NCBI RefSeq assembly: GCF_003231495.1 | Contig: NZ_PQWO01000009.1 | Coordinates: 183,314-215,313, forward strand | Length of the DNA: 32,000 nt | From: Acaryochloris thomasi RCC1774 | GTDB taxonomy: Bacteria > Cyanobacteriota > Cyanobacteriia > Thermosynechococcales > Thermosynechococcaceae | Direction: 5' to 3' | In this document: positions 16,268-25,615 of the stretch, piece by piece | Layout: the number at the start of each line of letters is the position of its first letter | Numbering within the stretch: position 1 is the first letter of the stretch | Translations under genes and position numbers: made by a program | The notes under the pieces: model-generated | Told to the model about the DNA's origin: nothing | What the model saw: the letters and a program-made list of their open reading frames with translations, nothing else | The model's database searches: none

Positions 16268-19200
16268 CTACTCTATGCCCTCAATCGGAGCAAAGCCCTG
16301 TCGCTGAATATTCTCTGTAACAGTACGGGGATCAAGAAACTGTAGTAAATAATCTGGCCCCCCAGCTTTAGAGCCAACCCCTGAAAGCTTATATCCCCCA
16401 AAGGGTTGCCGAGCGACGATCGCACCTGTAATGCTGCGATTGATGTATAAATTCCCTACTTCAAACTCCGTTTTGGCTTGTTCAATATGGGATGGGGTGC
16501 GAGAGTACAGTCCACCCGTGAGCGCGAAGTTCGTGTTGTTTGCGATCGCAACTCCCTCTTCAAAACTCTGCGCCTTAATCACTGACAGAACCGGACCAAA
16601 AATTTCTTCCTGAGCCAGCGAACTGTGCGGATCAACCTCAGTAAAAATCACTGGCCCCACAAAGTAACCCGTCTCAGGCGCAGGCAATTGCAAAGCCAGA
16701 TTAGCTTCCGTCTTACCCTTATCAATCGTTTCACGAATTCGCTGCTGGGCTGCTTCATCAATCACGGGGCCAACCTTGGTCCCCGGATCGGCGGCAATGC
16801 CAACATTCAGCGATTTTGTCGCTTCAACTAGCCGCGCCACAAACGCGTCGTAGACGGATGCTAGAACGACTACCCGAGAGCAAGCTGAACACTTTTGGCC
16901 GCTATAGCCAAAGGCGGAATACACAACTCCCTGGACCGCCTGGTCTAAATCAGCACTTTCATCAACGATTATGGCGTTTTTACCCCCCATTTCAGCTACC
17001 ACACGCTTCAAATGCCTTTGACCGGGCTGCAGAACAGCAGCGTTGGCGTAGATTTCGCACCCCACTTCTTGAGAACCCGTAAACACAATCATCTGGACTG
17101 CGGGATGTTTGACGAGGTGAGCGCCTACGGTGGAACCGCTACCTGGAACGTATTGAAATACCCCTTTAGGTATCCCGGCTTCCACAAGAATTTCGCTAAG
17201 TTTAGCCGCGATCACAGAGGTTACAGCGGCAGGCTTTAGCAAAACACAGTTTCCGGTGACTAGGGCCGCAACCGTCATCCCTGTAGGGATCGCAAGCGGA
17301 AAGTTCCAGGGGGAAATCACCAGCACAATGCCCTTGGGACGGTAGAAGTAGCGATCGCTCTCCCCGGCCACATCGTAGATAATCTTAGGATCCAAACGCT
17401 CCATCTCTGCTGCGTAGTATCGACAGAAATCTACAGCCTCTGAGACTTCTACATCGGCTTGCTGGAGAGGCTTGCCTGCTTCAAACACCATCCAGGCATT
17501 GAGTTCATGACGACGCGCTTCAAGTAGATTTGCGGCCCGTCGCAGGATGTCGGCCCGCTCTTTCGCTGATGTGCGTTTCCAAGTTTGGAAAGCGGCTTTT
17601 GCGGCTGCGATCGCATCCTCTGCCTGAGCAATATTAATCTGCCCGACAGTCCCCACAATTTCTGTCGGATTAGATGGATTAACGGATTGAACCTTCTTCT
17701 CTGTCTGCACCCGTTCTCCATCAATTAGCGGCCAATATTGTTGACCTAACTGTTGTTTGACGGCAGTGAGGGCAGATTCGGCTTGGGTTCGGTGGGTTGC
17801 GATCGCAAAATTAGTATCTGCAGAAGGATCAATCTGAGTCGCGGTCGTCGTCACGGGCATAGGCGTCGGTTCCACTTCGCTACCGTCCTGATCGCCCTCT
17901 CTCCACTGAGGCGCTGCTAACAGTTCTTCAATCGGAGTCTCGGTTAAACTTTGCCGCAGAAAAGAGCTATTGGCAGTGTTCTCTAGCAATCGTCGAATCA
18001 GATAGGCCATCCCTGGAATCAAAGCGCCGTAGGGACAGTAGACTCGTACTCGATGCCCCTGTTTTGCTAACGCTGCTGCTAGGTTGTCGGCCATACCGTA
18101 CAAGACTTGAAATTCAATGTGTCGCTGCGGAATATTGAGGGTTTGAGCAATTGAGATCGCATGGGCCTGAGACCGAACATTGTGGCTACCGATGGCGGCG
18201 TACAGATGCTCATGATTTTCTAAGAGCAACTGTGTCATGCGCTCAAAATTGGCGTCCGTGGAAGACTTGTGATTATAGACGGGCGTGGGCCAATGATTCT
18301 GGCGAGCAATGATGGTCTCTTGATCCCAGTAGGCTCCTTTGATCAGCCGCACCGTGATCGGTTTGCCCCGCTGTTTCGCCCATTCAATCAGATCCTTCAA
18401 ATCACCGTAGCTATCCCGGAGATAGGCTTGGAGTGTGATGCCGATGTTGTTGCGATCGCAAAACTCTTCCTCCATTAACAAAGACTTTAACGTCGCTAGC
18501 GTGGCATCTTTATAGCGGTACTGTTCCATATCAAAATGAACATCGGCACCCACTTCCTGCGCTCGACGGAGGAGAATGCGGATGCGATCGCACACCGTTG
18601 TCTGAGACCCCTCTACATCTAACGGATCAAACTGAGAGTAAAACGCTGTCAACTTTAACGTCACCTGGACCTTAGCTAAATCATCCCCGTCAGCAGCGTC
18701 AATCTGGGGTACCGAAGACCACCGCCGAGAAACCTCTGTAAGCTGTCCCATTAACGCTAGATATTGATCGAGATAAGACTGAGCTTCTTTTTCCGTGATC
18801 ACTGCCTCGCCTAAAACATCGATAGCGAAGGTCATCGATTGTTTACGGAGACGATTAATGGTCTTGAGAACCTGCTTCAGCGTTTCGCCTGCGATATATT
18901 TTTGTGCCAGGGTTGCAACTGAGGTGGACAGAGTCGTCGCCGCAACTTGTCCCGGTATTGAATCGGAAGCCGTGAAGTTAAGCAGCCGTTTCAACGCTTC
19001 CGGTAGTTCTACATCAGGAACGCTCAGATACTCCTGAAGATGACGGGCCATTTCAGCTTTGGTGGTCAAAGACGGCAAACAATCGATCAGACGAAAGAGC
19101 TGCACCCGCAAACTGGGGTTGTCCATTGTCCAATTGAGCAGCTTATCGTCCCACCGGAATTGGTCTTGTATTTTAGCGAGGAGCGATCGCTTTTCTGCGG

Positions 19201-19291
19201 TCTGCGCCAACAGCTCCCGCGCAATGGCCTGGGTCTTTTCTTCATAGAGAGGCGGAGTCGTAAGTTCAGAACGAGACGGATTCACAGTCAT
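16268..19291 (-). CDS. putA: Bifunctional proline dehydrogenase / L-glutamate-gamma-semialdehyde (P5C) dehydrogenase PutA
   Basis: The ~1007-aa ORF has a PRODH barrel region (AIGSHNVRS...EFQVLYGMAD...AYLIRRLLENTANSSF). It also has an ALDH domain (FTGSQEVG, EMGGKNAIIVD, catalytic GQKCSACSR). I prefer the ATG at 19291 (MTVNPSR...) over the TTG at 19312 used in the track. Confidence 0.9.
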   Translation of the reverse strand: MTVNPSRSELTTPPLYEEKTQAIARELLAQTAEKRSLLAKIQDQFRWDDKLLNWTMDNPSLRVQLFRLIDCLPSLTTKAEMARHLQEYLSVPDVELPEALKRLLNFTASDSIPGQVAATTLSTSVATLAQKYIAGETLKQVLKTINRLRKQSMTFAIDVLGEAVITEKEAQSYLDQYLALMGQLTEVSRRWSSVPQIDAADGDDLAKVQVTLKLTAFYSQFDPLDVEGSQTTVCDRIRILLRRAQEVGADVHFDMEQYRYKDATLATLKSLLMEEEFCDRNNIGITLQAYLRDSYGDLKDLIEWAKQRGKPITVRLIKGAYWDQETIIARQNHWPTPVYNHKSSTDANFERMTQLLLENHEHLYAAIGSHNVRSQAHAISIAQTLNIPQRHIEFQVLYGMADNLAAALAKQGHRVRVYCPYGALIPGMAYLIRRLLENTANSSFLRQSLTETPIEELLAAPQWREGDQDGSEVEPTPMPVTTTATQIDPSADTNFAIATHRTQAESALTAVKQQLGQQYWPLIDGERVQTEKKVQSVNPSNPTEIVGTVGQINIAQAEDAIAAAKAAFQTWKRTSAKERADILRRAANLLEARRHELNAWMVFEAGKPLQQADVEVSEAVDFCRYYAAEMERLDPKIIYDVAGESDRYFYRPKGIVLVISPWNFPLAIPTGMTVAALVTGNCVLLKPAAVTSVIAAKLSEILVEAGIPKGVFQYVPGSGSTVGAHLVKHPAVQMIVFTGSQEVGCEIYANAAVLQPGQRHLKRVVAEMGGKNAIIVDESADLDQAVQGVVYSAFGYSGQKCSACSRVVVLASVYDAFVARLVEATKSLNVGIAADPGTKVGPVIDEAAQQRIRETIDKGKTEANLALQLPAPETGYFVGPVIFTEVDPHSSLAQEEIFGPVLSVIKAQSFEEGVAIANNTNFALTGGLYSRTPSHIEQAKTEFEVGNLYINRSITGAIVARQPFGGYKLSGVGSKAGGPDYLLQFLDPRTVTENIQRQGFAPIEGIE

Positions 19292-19440
19292 CAAACAACC
19301 TGCTTCATACAAACCTAGACAATCTTCGACAAACAGGTCGATATTTAATTGGTGTTTTAGAACTGGAGTGCCCCTCCAGCTTCATATCAATCTTAATAAC
19401 TGAAAAGGTATCCCGCACTCAGTCACGCCGTGTCTGCTGA

Positions 19441-20565
19441 TTAAATATCTAGGGGGCTACGAACGCTCAAAGTACCTTGATTGAGAACATGGGTATAAAT
19501 CATCGTGGTTTTTACGTCTTTGTGCCCTAATAAGTAGATAGGCTCAATTGACTTGAAGATTCCTGATTAATTTCAATATCGTTGCATTGGCCCTCACCCC
19601 CAGCCCCCCTCTCCCAATGTTGGGAGAGGGGGGCTGGGGGTGAGGGCCATGTAGAGCATTTGCTAATATCTGATCTTTAACTTGATTCTGCCTCGCCACT
19701 TAGCTCCTGAACGGTACGAATGTCATAGCCGTTTTGCCGCAAATGAGTCGCAAAGCTATGGCGAAGCGTGTGACAGCTTACTTTCTTAGCTATTTGAGCT
19801 TGGTGGGCTGCTTTCTTGAGCGAGTGCTGCAGAAAACCATCGCCTAAACGATGTCGCTGTTCTCTACCACTGCGAGGATCGGTGCTGCGCCGTTGAGCCG
19901 GAAAAACATATTGCCAAATCCATTCTTGTTCTGCGTTGGGATATTTGCGATCAAGGGCGTGGGGTAACGGTGCTATATCCTTGAGCTAGCTCATCTTGCT
20001 GCAGTTGCTTAACGTAGACGAGATGGGCCTGTAGGAGTTCAATGAGACTTTGTGGAAGAACGGTGATTCGGTCTTTATTACCTTTGGCATTCCGCACCAT
20101 CACTTGAGACTGACCAAAATCAAGATCTTTCACTCGCTAGGCGTAGCCCTTCTTTGACCCGCATCTCAGCTTAGCCAAGAGCTGTTGAATCCCCTCTAGT
20201 GCCTGCAATAAACGCTGAAACTCATCGGCCGTCAACACTGTAGGTAAATGCTTGGACTGTCTGGCCCGAACTACATCAATAGATTCGGCTAAAGGCTGTT
20301 TCAGTACCTGCCGATAGAGAACCAGCAAGGCACTGAGCGCTTGATTTTGGGTGGATGCTGCCACATCTCCGTTAACGGCTAAATGGGTGAAGAATGCCTT
20401 TACTTCGGCCTCGCCCATTTCTTGGGGATGCCGTTTATGGTGAAACAGAATAAAGCGCCGGATCCACCAAACATAAGTTTTTTCTGTGCGATGGGCATAG
20501 TGCTTGACTCGCAGTGCATCGCGCACCTGATCAAGCAGCTTTCTGGGCTTGGTGAGTTCTTCCAT
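19441..20565 (-). pseudogene. intI: Integron-type tyrosine recombinase (IntI family), disrupted by several frame lesions and a MITE insertion
   Basis: Pieces read on the minus strand are MEELTKPRKLLDQVRDALRVKHYAHRTEKTYVWWIRRFILFH..., [69 protein letters not shown]...[25 protein letters not shown] and [29 protein letters not shown]. The YP-A---W-WQYVFPA----DPRSG---RH segment is the IntI-specific insertion. Lesions are garbled box I with a stop at 20134-20136, a frameshift near 19966-19970, and the MITE at 19531-19702. Confidence 0.8.
19531..19702. mobile_element. MITE copy B: 168-bp element at 19533-19700 flanked by TA/TA, inserted in intI and inverted relative to copy A
   Basis: It has the same termini and flank-internal sequence as 4368-4597, in reverse complement. 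Its core at 19589-19648 is a perfect 29-bp-arm palindrome. Removing the element and one TA restores GAG CTA TTA GGG CAC (E-L-L-G-H) of the integrase. Confidence 0.8.
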
Positions 20566-20855
20566 ATGAGCTGGATAATAGCTATGGGAGGAAATTTATA
20601 TAGATGAATGCAGTCTAAATCGCTACCACTTCCTAGGCAAAAGCTTCTAAAACTCCTATGGAATGATGCATATAGCGATTTCAGGATTGGTTTCTATATT
20701 TAAACCTTACAAGATATGTATTCGTGAAGACTCAGGTGTTACTCTTCTACAAAAGCTGCCAAATTTAGACTTTAGCAGTTAATGACTCTAAATAAGCAAG
20801 CTTTTTAGTCCGCGAACTGCAGACTAAATATAGTCAGACCTTTGATATTGACATC

Positions 20856-21233
20856 ATGGATTTTGATAAATTTTCAATTAGTGAGTTTCAAAGGCGAGGT
20901 CTTAACAGTACTTCTTCTCGTAAGCTAGCAGATGAACTTGAGGAAGCTGCATTGCAAGAGATTCATAGTGTTCTAATGCCGACGATGAATAAAATCATTG
21001 ATGAGCTTAATAAACGTGGGCACCAACTGACATTTTATGAAGATCCGATACCAGGAGATATTTCATATAGACACAAAGATGGTGATGGAGAGATGGGGTT
21101 AAGAATTGCTGTTGACACTATCATTTCAACTGGATATTCTCACCTATATGACAACAATCAATCAGATGAAGAGATAATTGAAGAAGTGGTTGATAATTTA
21201 TGTAAGCTTATCGAGCCGACAGATCTAATTTGA
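20856..21233 (+). CDS. Hypothetical acidic protein (cassette-like ORF 1)
   Basis: 125-aa ORF with an ATG start, in an AT-rich segment. It points away from intI and has no motif I recognise. Confidence 0.5.
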   Translation: MDFDKFSISEFQRRGLNSTSSRKLADELEEAALQEIHSVLMPTMNKIIDELNKRGHQLTFYEDPIPGDISYRHKDGDGEMGLRIAVDTIISTGYSHLYDNNQSDEEIIEEVVDNLCKLIEPTDLI

Positions 21234-21277
21234 GAGTTTTTTTCGATTATCACAAAATCCATACTTTCTGAGCTATG

Positions 21278-21370
21278 GTTTAACTAGACCATACAGCGGG
21301 ACGCTCGAAATACCCTATTACTCAACGCTTTAAATTAATTCTCGCGCCCCTGATGGGGTAGCCGTTAGGC
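21278..21370 (+). other. attC-like recombination site (R'' GTTTAAC ... R' GTTAGGC)
   Basis: GTTTAAC (21278-21284) fits RYYYAAC and GTTAGGC (21364-21370) fits GTTRRRY. There is an imperfect internal stem with unpaired bases: CAGCGGGACGC at 21294-21304 pairs with GCGCCCCTG at 21343-21351. The next ORF starts 8 nt after R'. Confidence 0.4.
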
Positions 21371-21377
21371 ATATGCC

Positions 21378-21923
21378 ATGAATTTCGAAACGCAGATCGA
21401 AAAATGGGTTTCTGAGGACAGCTCAAGAATTCATGCTCTAGAGATAGCCTCCGAACTTAAACTCAACGATTGGTGTCTGGCTGCGGGGTTCGTAAGAAAC
21501 ATGGTTTGGGATAAACTCCATGATCGCCATTTCCCAACACCGCTCAATGACATCGATTTAATCTACTTCAATCGTGAAGAATCTTCGTTGGAAACCGACC
21601 AGGACTTGGAATCCATTCTTAAGACTAAATTGAACAAGCCTTGGTCTGTGAAAAACCAAGCGCGAATGCATCTAAGAAATAAAGATGCGTCATATACATC
21701 GACGGAAGATGCAATGAGTTATTGGGTTGAGGTGGAAACTGCAATTGGAGTCAGGTTAAGCCCTACGGACGGTCTGGAACTTGTTGCACCATTCGGACTT
21801 TCATCGCTGTTTTCAAGTACCGTTACCATTAACGATAAGCGCAGAAAGCCAAAAGAATTTTATGAGCGAGTCCGTTCAAAGAAGTGGCTGCAAACGTGGC
21901 CGAAGTTGAAAATATATGCCTAA
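21378..21923 (+). CDS. Nucleotidyltransferase-family protein (resembles the uncharacterised NTP_transf_6 type), cassette-like ORF 2
   Basis: 181-aa ORF. WCLAAGFVRNMVWDKLH...LNDIDLIYFN matches the GG-VRN-VWD ... DID-xYF pattern of that family, by eye. Confidence 0.6.
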   Translation: MNFETQIEKWVSEDSSRIHALEIASELKLNDWCLAAGFVRNMVWDKLHDRHFPTPLNDIDLIYFNREESSLETDQDLESILKTKLNKPWSVKNQARMHLRNKDASYTSTEDAMSYWVEVETAIGVRLSPTDGLELVAPFGLSSLFSSTVTINDKRRKPKEFYERVRSKKWLQTWPKLKIYA

Positions 21924-21968
21924 AAAGTCGCTGCAACGGACCCTTGCACGCTGAGCTAAGCGTTAGGC
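21918..21968 (+). other. attC-like recombination site (R'' GCCTAAA overlapping the stop codon ... R' GTTAGGC)
   Basis: GCCTAAA (21918-21924) is 6/7 complementary to GTTAGGC (21962-21968). The inner arms GTCGCTGCAA and TTGCACGCTGAG pair with bulged bases. At 51 nt it is slightly short for an attC. Confidence 0.45.
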
Positions 21969-22094
21969 TACTTTAATCGTCGGGAGGACAGTCTGAAAGC
22001 TAGTTATGGTGGAGCAGAGTCGGGTTATAGTGTGCGTTGAATATTTGCAGTCTAGCTACGTGTAAGCACTACATAGATCTTCAGAGGAGTTTTC

Positions 22095-22490
22095 ATGCTT
22101 CAAGGTAAAATTGTGCGTGTTGCTCGCCCAACTGACCAATTAGAGGAAGTCGTCAAATTCTACACAGAAGGTCTAGGGTTTCAAATTCTCGATCATTTTG
22201 AGAATCATGAAGGATTTGATGGTGTAATGCTTGGAATACCAGGAGAACCTTACCATTTTGAGTTTACACAGCAGCAAGAACACAGTGTTGGTCGTGCTCC
22301 AACGCAAGACAACCTGATTGTTTTTTACTTTCCAGATCAACAAGAGTGGCAATGTGCCGTTGATCAAATAAAAGTGAGTGGATATAAGCCTATACAGTCT
22401 TATAACCCTTATTGGGATAGAAGTGGAGTAACCTTTGAAGATCCAGATGGATACCGTATCGTCTTACAAAATGCTACTTGGGAGACATAA
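22095..22490 (+). CDS. VOC-family (glyoxalase/bleomycin-resistance/dioxygenase fold) protein, cassette-like ORF 3
   Basis: 131-aa ORF preceded by a GAGGAG RBS. VRVARPTDQLEEVVKFYTEGLGFQILDHFENHEGFDGVMLG...YHFEFTQ...VTFEDPDGYRIVL is typical of small VOC proteins. Confidence 0.8.
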   Translation: MLQGKIVRVARPTDQLEEVVKFYTEGLGFQILDHFENHEGFDGVMLGIPGEPYHFEFTQQQEHSVGRAPTQDNLIVFYFPDQQEWQCAVDQIKVSGYKPIQSYNPYWDRSGVTFEDPDGYRIVLQNATWET

Positions 22491-22602
22491 CGTGTTGGGC
22501 CAGCACCCAACAGCACCGTGCAAAGGATGCTTGAAACACACTTCTCGTTGGACATTTTTTATTCTGCTCACGCCCGTGCAGTGATCGGGGGTTGTGACAA
22601 TT

Positions 22603-22710
22603 GAGAGGGATCATATATTTCTCGACCAAGATCTTCTCATGATCGAAGACATCCATATCTTGATCGGTTACTTCCCCGTGCAGCAATAGAGGCATGCCTA
22701 CCTTTTTCAT
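22603..22710 (-). pseudogene. pyrC: Relic (~36 codons) of a class II dihydroorotase gene
   Basis: MKKVGMPLLLHGEVTDQDMDVFDHEKILVEKYMIPL parallels my recollection of the internal PyrC segment MEKIGMPLLVHGEVT-x-DIDIFDRE. A stop lies directly upstream and similarity is lost downstream. Confidence 0.5.
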
Positions 22711-22793
22711 CTACGAATATCCGTCACCTCAAAGTCTAAATTGATTGCTGCACCAACTAGAACGTACTATTCAATCCTATAGACTTTCGCTTC

Positions 22794-25484
22794 TTAAGTC
22801 TTGATTCCATCCAGGCAGATATCTGCATTTTTAAAATCGGCTGATCGTGCCTCCTCTGGCTTTTCAACAATTGGATTTCGAGCCTTAATCAATGAGATTG
22901 TTCGACTAACATTATCAGGAAAAACAACGACAAGCGACTCTTTAGGGGCATTATCTAGTGCCCATATAATGGCCTCTGCTTCGTCTAGGCGAACAGAGTG
23001 GGAGGCTGCCGACTCAGCCCCGCCCTGACAGATGCCCTGAACAATTAGCTCTGCGGCATTACCGGGAGCGCGACCCCGCCCATCATCATCTTCTTTAACA
23101 ATAATCTGATCGAAGAACGTCGCCGAGAGTTTGCCGAGATCAATTAAATCTTGATCGCGGCGATCACCCGGTCCCCCGACCACGCCAATGGCAGGGCCAG
23201 TCCAGTTTTTGACAAAGCCCCCTACCGCTTTATATCCGGCTGGGTTATGGGCATAGTCCACCAGTACGTGAAATTGGCCGAGGTTGAAGAGATTCATACG
23301 TCCCGGCGTCTGCTGTTCTGAGGCTTTAAAACTGTGCAGAGCCGCCTGAATCTGCTTGACGGTCACGCCTTGGACATAGGCAGCTAGACTTGCCGCCAGA
23401 GCATTAGCAATCATGAACGGAGCCATTCCACCCAGCGTTACCGGAACTTGTTTAACGTGCTCAATACGGTGAACCTGATCCTGCTGCACAATGGTTAGGT
23501 AGCCTTGGTCGTAGACGGCAGCGATTCCACCCTGCTTGAGGTGCGATCGCAACACTTCATTTTCAGGATCCATCGAAAAATAGGCCACTTTTCCGGGCAC
23601 CTGCGCCGCCATTGCCGCGACTCGCGGATCATCAGCATTAAGAACAGCATAGCCATCGGGATGCACCGTCTCAGCGATCACTCCTTTGACCCTGGCCAAC
23701 TGATCAACGGTATTAATATCTCCTAGCCCCAAATGGTCCGCCGCCACGTTCAGAACGACTCCCACATCACACTGTGAAAAGGCCAAGCCCGAACGCAAAA
23801 TACCGCCCCGAGCTGTTTCAAGAACCGCAATATCCACCGTCGGATCCTGCAGAACCATTTGTGCACTCAGGGGGCCTGTGGTGTCTCCCTTCTCGACGAG
23901 GCGATCGCCGATATAGATGCCGTCGGTGGTCGTAAAGCCCACAGCATCATAAACCTGACGGCAAATATGGGCAATGAGTCGCGTGGTGGTGGTTTTGCCA
24001 TTGGTACCCGTCACCGCCACAATGGGCACCCGAGTCGGCGTCCCCGGCGGAAACAGCATCTTAATGATGGGTGCTGCCACATTACGAGCGCGGCCTTCAC
24101 TAGGTGCAATGTGCATCCGTAACCCGGGTGCTGCGTTAACCTCAACAATCACGCCATCTGCCTGGCTCAGGGGTTGAGTGATATCAGTTGTAATCACATC
24201 AATCCCTGCAATATCGAGGTCAATAATGCGAGATACCCGTTCCGCTAACCAAACAGTTTCTGGATGAATCTCATCGGTGCGGTCAATGGCAATGCCGCCC
24301 GTACTGAGGTTGGCTGTTGCGCGCAGGTAACCAATTTGATTGGGCTGCAAAACAGTGTCAACGGTGAACCCTTGACGGCTCAGCATGGCATCAGTGGCGT
24401 CGTCCAGTTGAATATGGGTGAGGATGTTGTCGTGCCCCGCGCCCCGACGATGATCTCGATTCTCTTGTTCAACAAGGGCTGCAATTGTGTCTTTACCATT
24501 GCCAACTACGTGAGCCGGGACGCGCTCTGCAACCGCGACAACTTTGTGGTTAACGACCAGAATGCGATGATCTCGGCCCTGATAGAAATGTTCGACAATC
24601 ACGCCTGTAGAAATATCCTTGGCTCGGTCGTAGGCAATTTCTACCTGTTCTTTTGACTGAATATCAATGGTGATCCCGCGACCGTGATTTCCATCTAAGG
24701 GCTTTATCACAATCGGATAGCCACCCAAGTCTTCAATCGCGTTATCTAATTCGCTAAAGGCATAAATCACTTTACCCAATGGAACCGGCGCACCCATACG
24801 CGTCAGAATTTCTTTAGTCCGTTCCTTATCGCAGGCTAATTCGACCCCCAAAACGTTGCTATGGGAGGTGAGTGCTGCCTGTAGTCGCTTTTGGTATTTG
24901 CCGTATCCAAGCTGATGGAGATCGCAATTCTCTAGCTCCATCCACGGGATATTGAGGGCTTCTGCCTCGCGGATCAGCGCCTCGGTGCTCGCCCCTAGGG
25001 CGGCTTCAGTACGCAGCTCAACCAAATCTTCTAAATCCGTTTGCAGTTCAGCTTCAGGGTAGGTGCCTGTTTCAGCCAAGCTCTTACATAAACGGTGGGC
25101 AGCTCGGGTGGCATAGCGACCGGCGGCTTCATTTTGATATTCAATTGCAACTTGATAAACGCCGGGGGTTACCGTCTCGCGGGTACGACCAAACCCCACC
25201 TCCATGCCCGCTAAAACCTGGAGTTCTAGCGCCACATGCTCTAGGATATGCCCCACCATGGTGCCTTCCTGGACCCGGCTGAGAAACCCACCCCGACACC
25301 CTGGCGAGCAGTGATGCTCTTCTAGGCTAGGTAAAACCGAGATTAATCCGTTGTAGAACCCTGGAATCGTATCAGACGGACGGTTAGCCAAGTCCTCCAG
25401 GTCCAGCCGAATGAGAATCAACTTTGCCCGACGAATACTCCAGTAGTTAGGGCCTCGAAGCGTTTGGGTTTGGAGAATTTTCAT
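22794..25484 (-). CDS. cphA: Cyanophycin synthetase (CphA1 type: N domain, ATP-grasp G domain, Mur-ligase-like M domain)
   Basis: 896-aa ORF starting MKILQTQTLRGPNYWS. The ATP-grasp region includes KPLDGNHGRGITI and VIVEVNAAPGLRMH. The Mur-ligase region has an intact P-loop (VTGTNGKTTTTRL), ETARGG, NVAADHLG and DYAHNPAG. Confidence 0.95.
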   Translation of the reverse strand: MKILQTQTLRGPNYWSIRRAKLILIRLDLEDLANRPSDTIPGFYNGLISVLPSLEEHHCSPGCRGGFLSRVQEGTMVGHILEHVALELQVLAGMEVGFGRTRETVTPGVYQVAIEYQNEAAGRYATRAAHRLCKSLAETGTYPEAELQTDLEDLVELRTEAALGASTEALIREAEALNIPWMELENCDLHQLGYGKYQKRLQAALTSHSNVLGVELACDKERTKEILTRMGAPVPLGKVIYAFSELDNAIEDLGGYPIVIKPLDGNHGRGITIDIQSKEQVEIAYDRAKDISTGVIVEHFYQGRDHRILVVNHKVVAVAERVPAHVVGNGKDTIAALVEQENRDHRRGAGHDNILTHIQLDDATDAMLSRQGFTVDTVLQPNQIGYLRATANLSTGGIAIDRTDEIHPETVWLAERVSRIIDLDIAGIDVITTDITQPLSQADGVIVEVNAAPGLRMHIAPSEGRARNVAAPIIKMLFPPGTPTRVPIVAVTGTNGKTTTTRLIAHICRQVYDAVGFTTTDGIYIGDRLVEKGDTTGPLSAQMVLQDPTVDIAVLETARGGILRSGLAFSQCDVGVVLNVAADHLGLGDINTVDQLARVKGVIAETVHPDGYAVLNADDPRVAAMAAQVPGKVAYFSMDPENEVLRSHLKQGGIAAVYDQGYLTIVQQDQVHRIEHVKQVPVTLGGMAPFMIANALAASLAAYVQGVTVKQIQAALHSFKASEQQTPGRMNLFNLGQFHVLVDYAHNPAGYKAVGGFVKNWTGPAIGVVGGPGDRRDQDLIDLGKLSATFFDQIIVKEDDDGRGRAPGNAAELIVQGICQGGAESAASHSVRLDEAEAIIWALDNAPKESLVVVFPDNVSRTISLIKARNPIVEKPEEARSADFKNADICLDGIKT

Positions 25485-25615
25485 AGGTTATGGAGAGTGC
25501 TTGAGCCGATTCCAGCAGTTTAATGACAGTCTTGAGCGTTTAAATAGGCGTTGTTAAGGACTCAACTCAAGATTAATTTGTTTACGAACGCTATTATTTG
25601 TTAACCCCAAGTTCT

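Noticed and set aside
20566-20855. Looked for an attI site and Pc promoter between the intI start and the first cassette-like ORF.
   Set aside because: Only a near-miss core (GTTAATG at ~20778) and small dyads (TTTAGTC...GACTAAA, 20804-20828) are present. Nothing supports an attI call, so ORF 1 may not be a true cassette.
22485-22554. Possible third attC after the VOC cassette (ACATAAC over the stop codon ... GTTGGAC), plus the hairpin TGTTGGG-N6-CCCAACA at 22493-22512.
   Set aside because: The two cores are poorly complementary to each other and the inner structure is unconvincing. It may be just a short post-stop hairpin.
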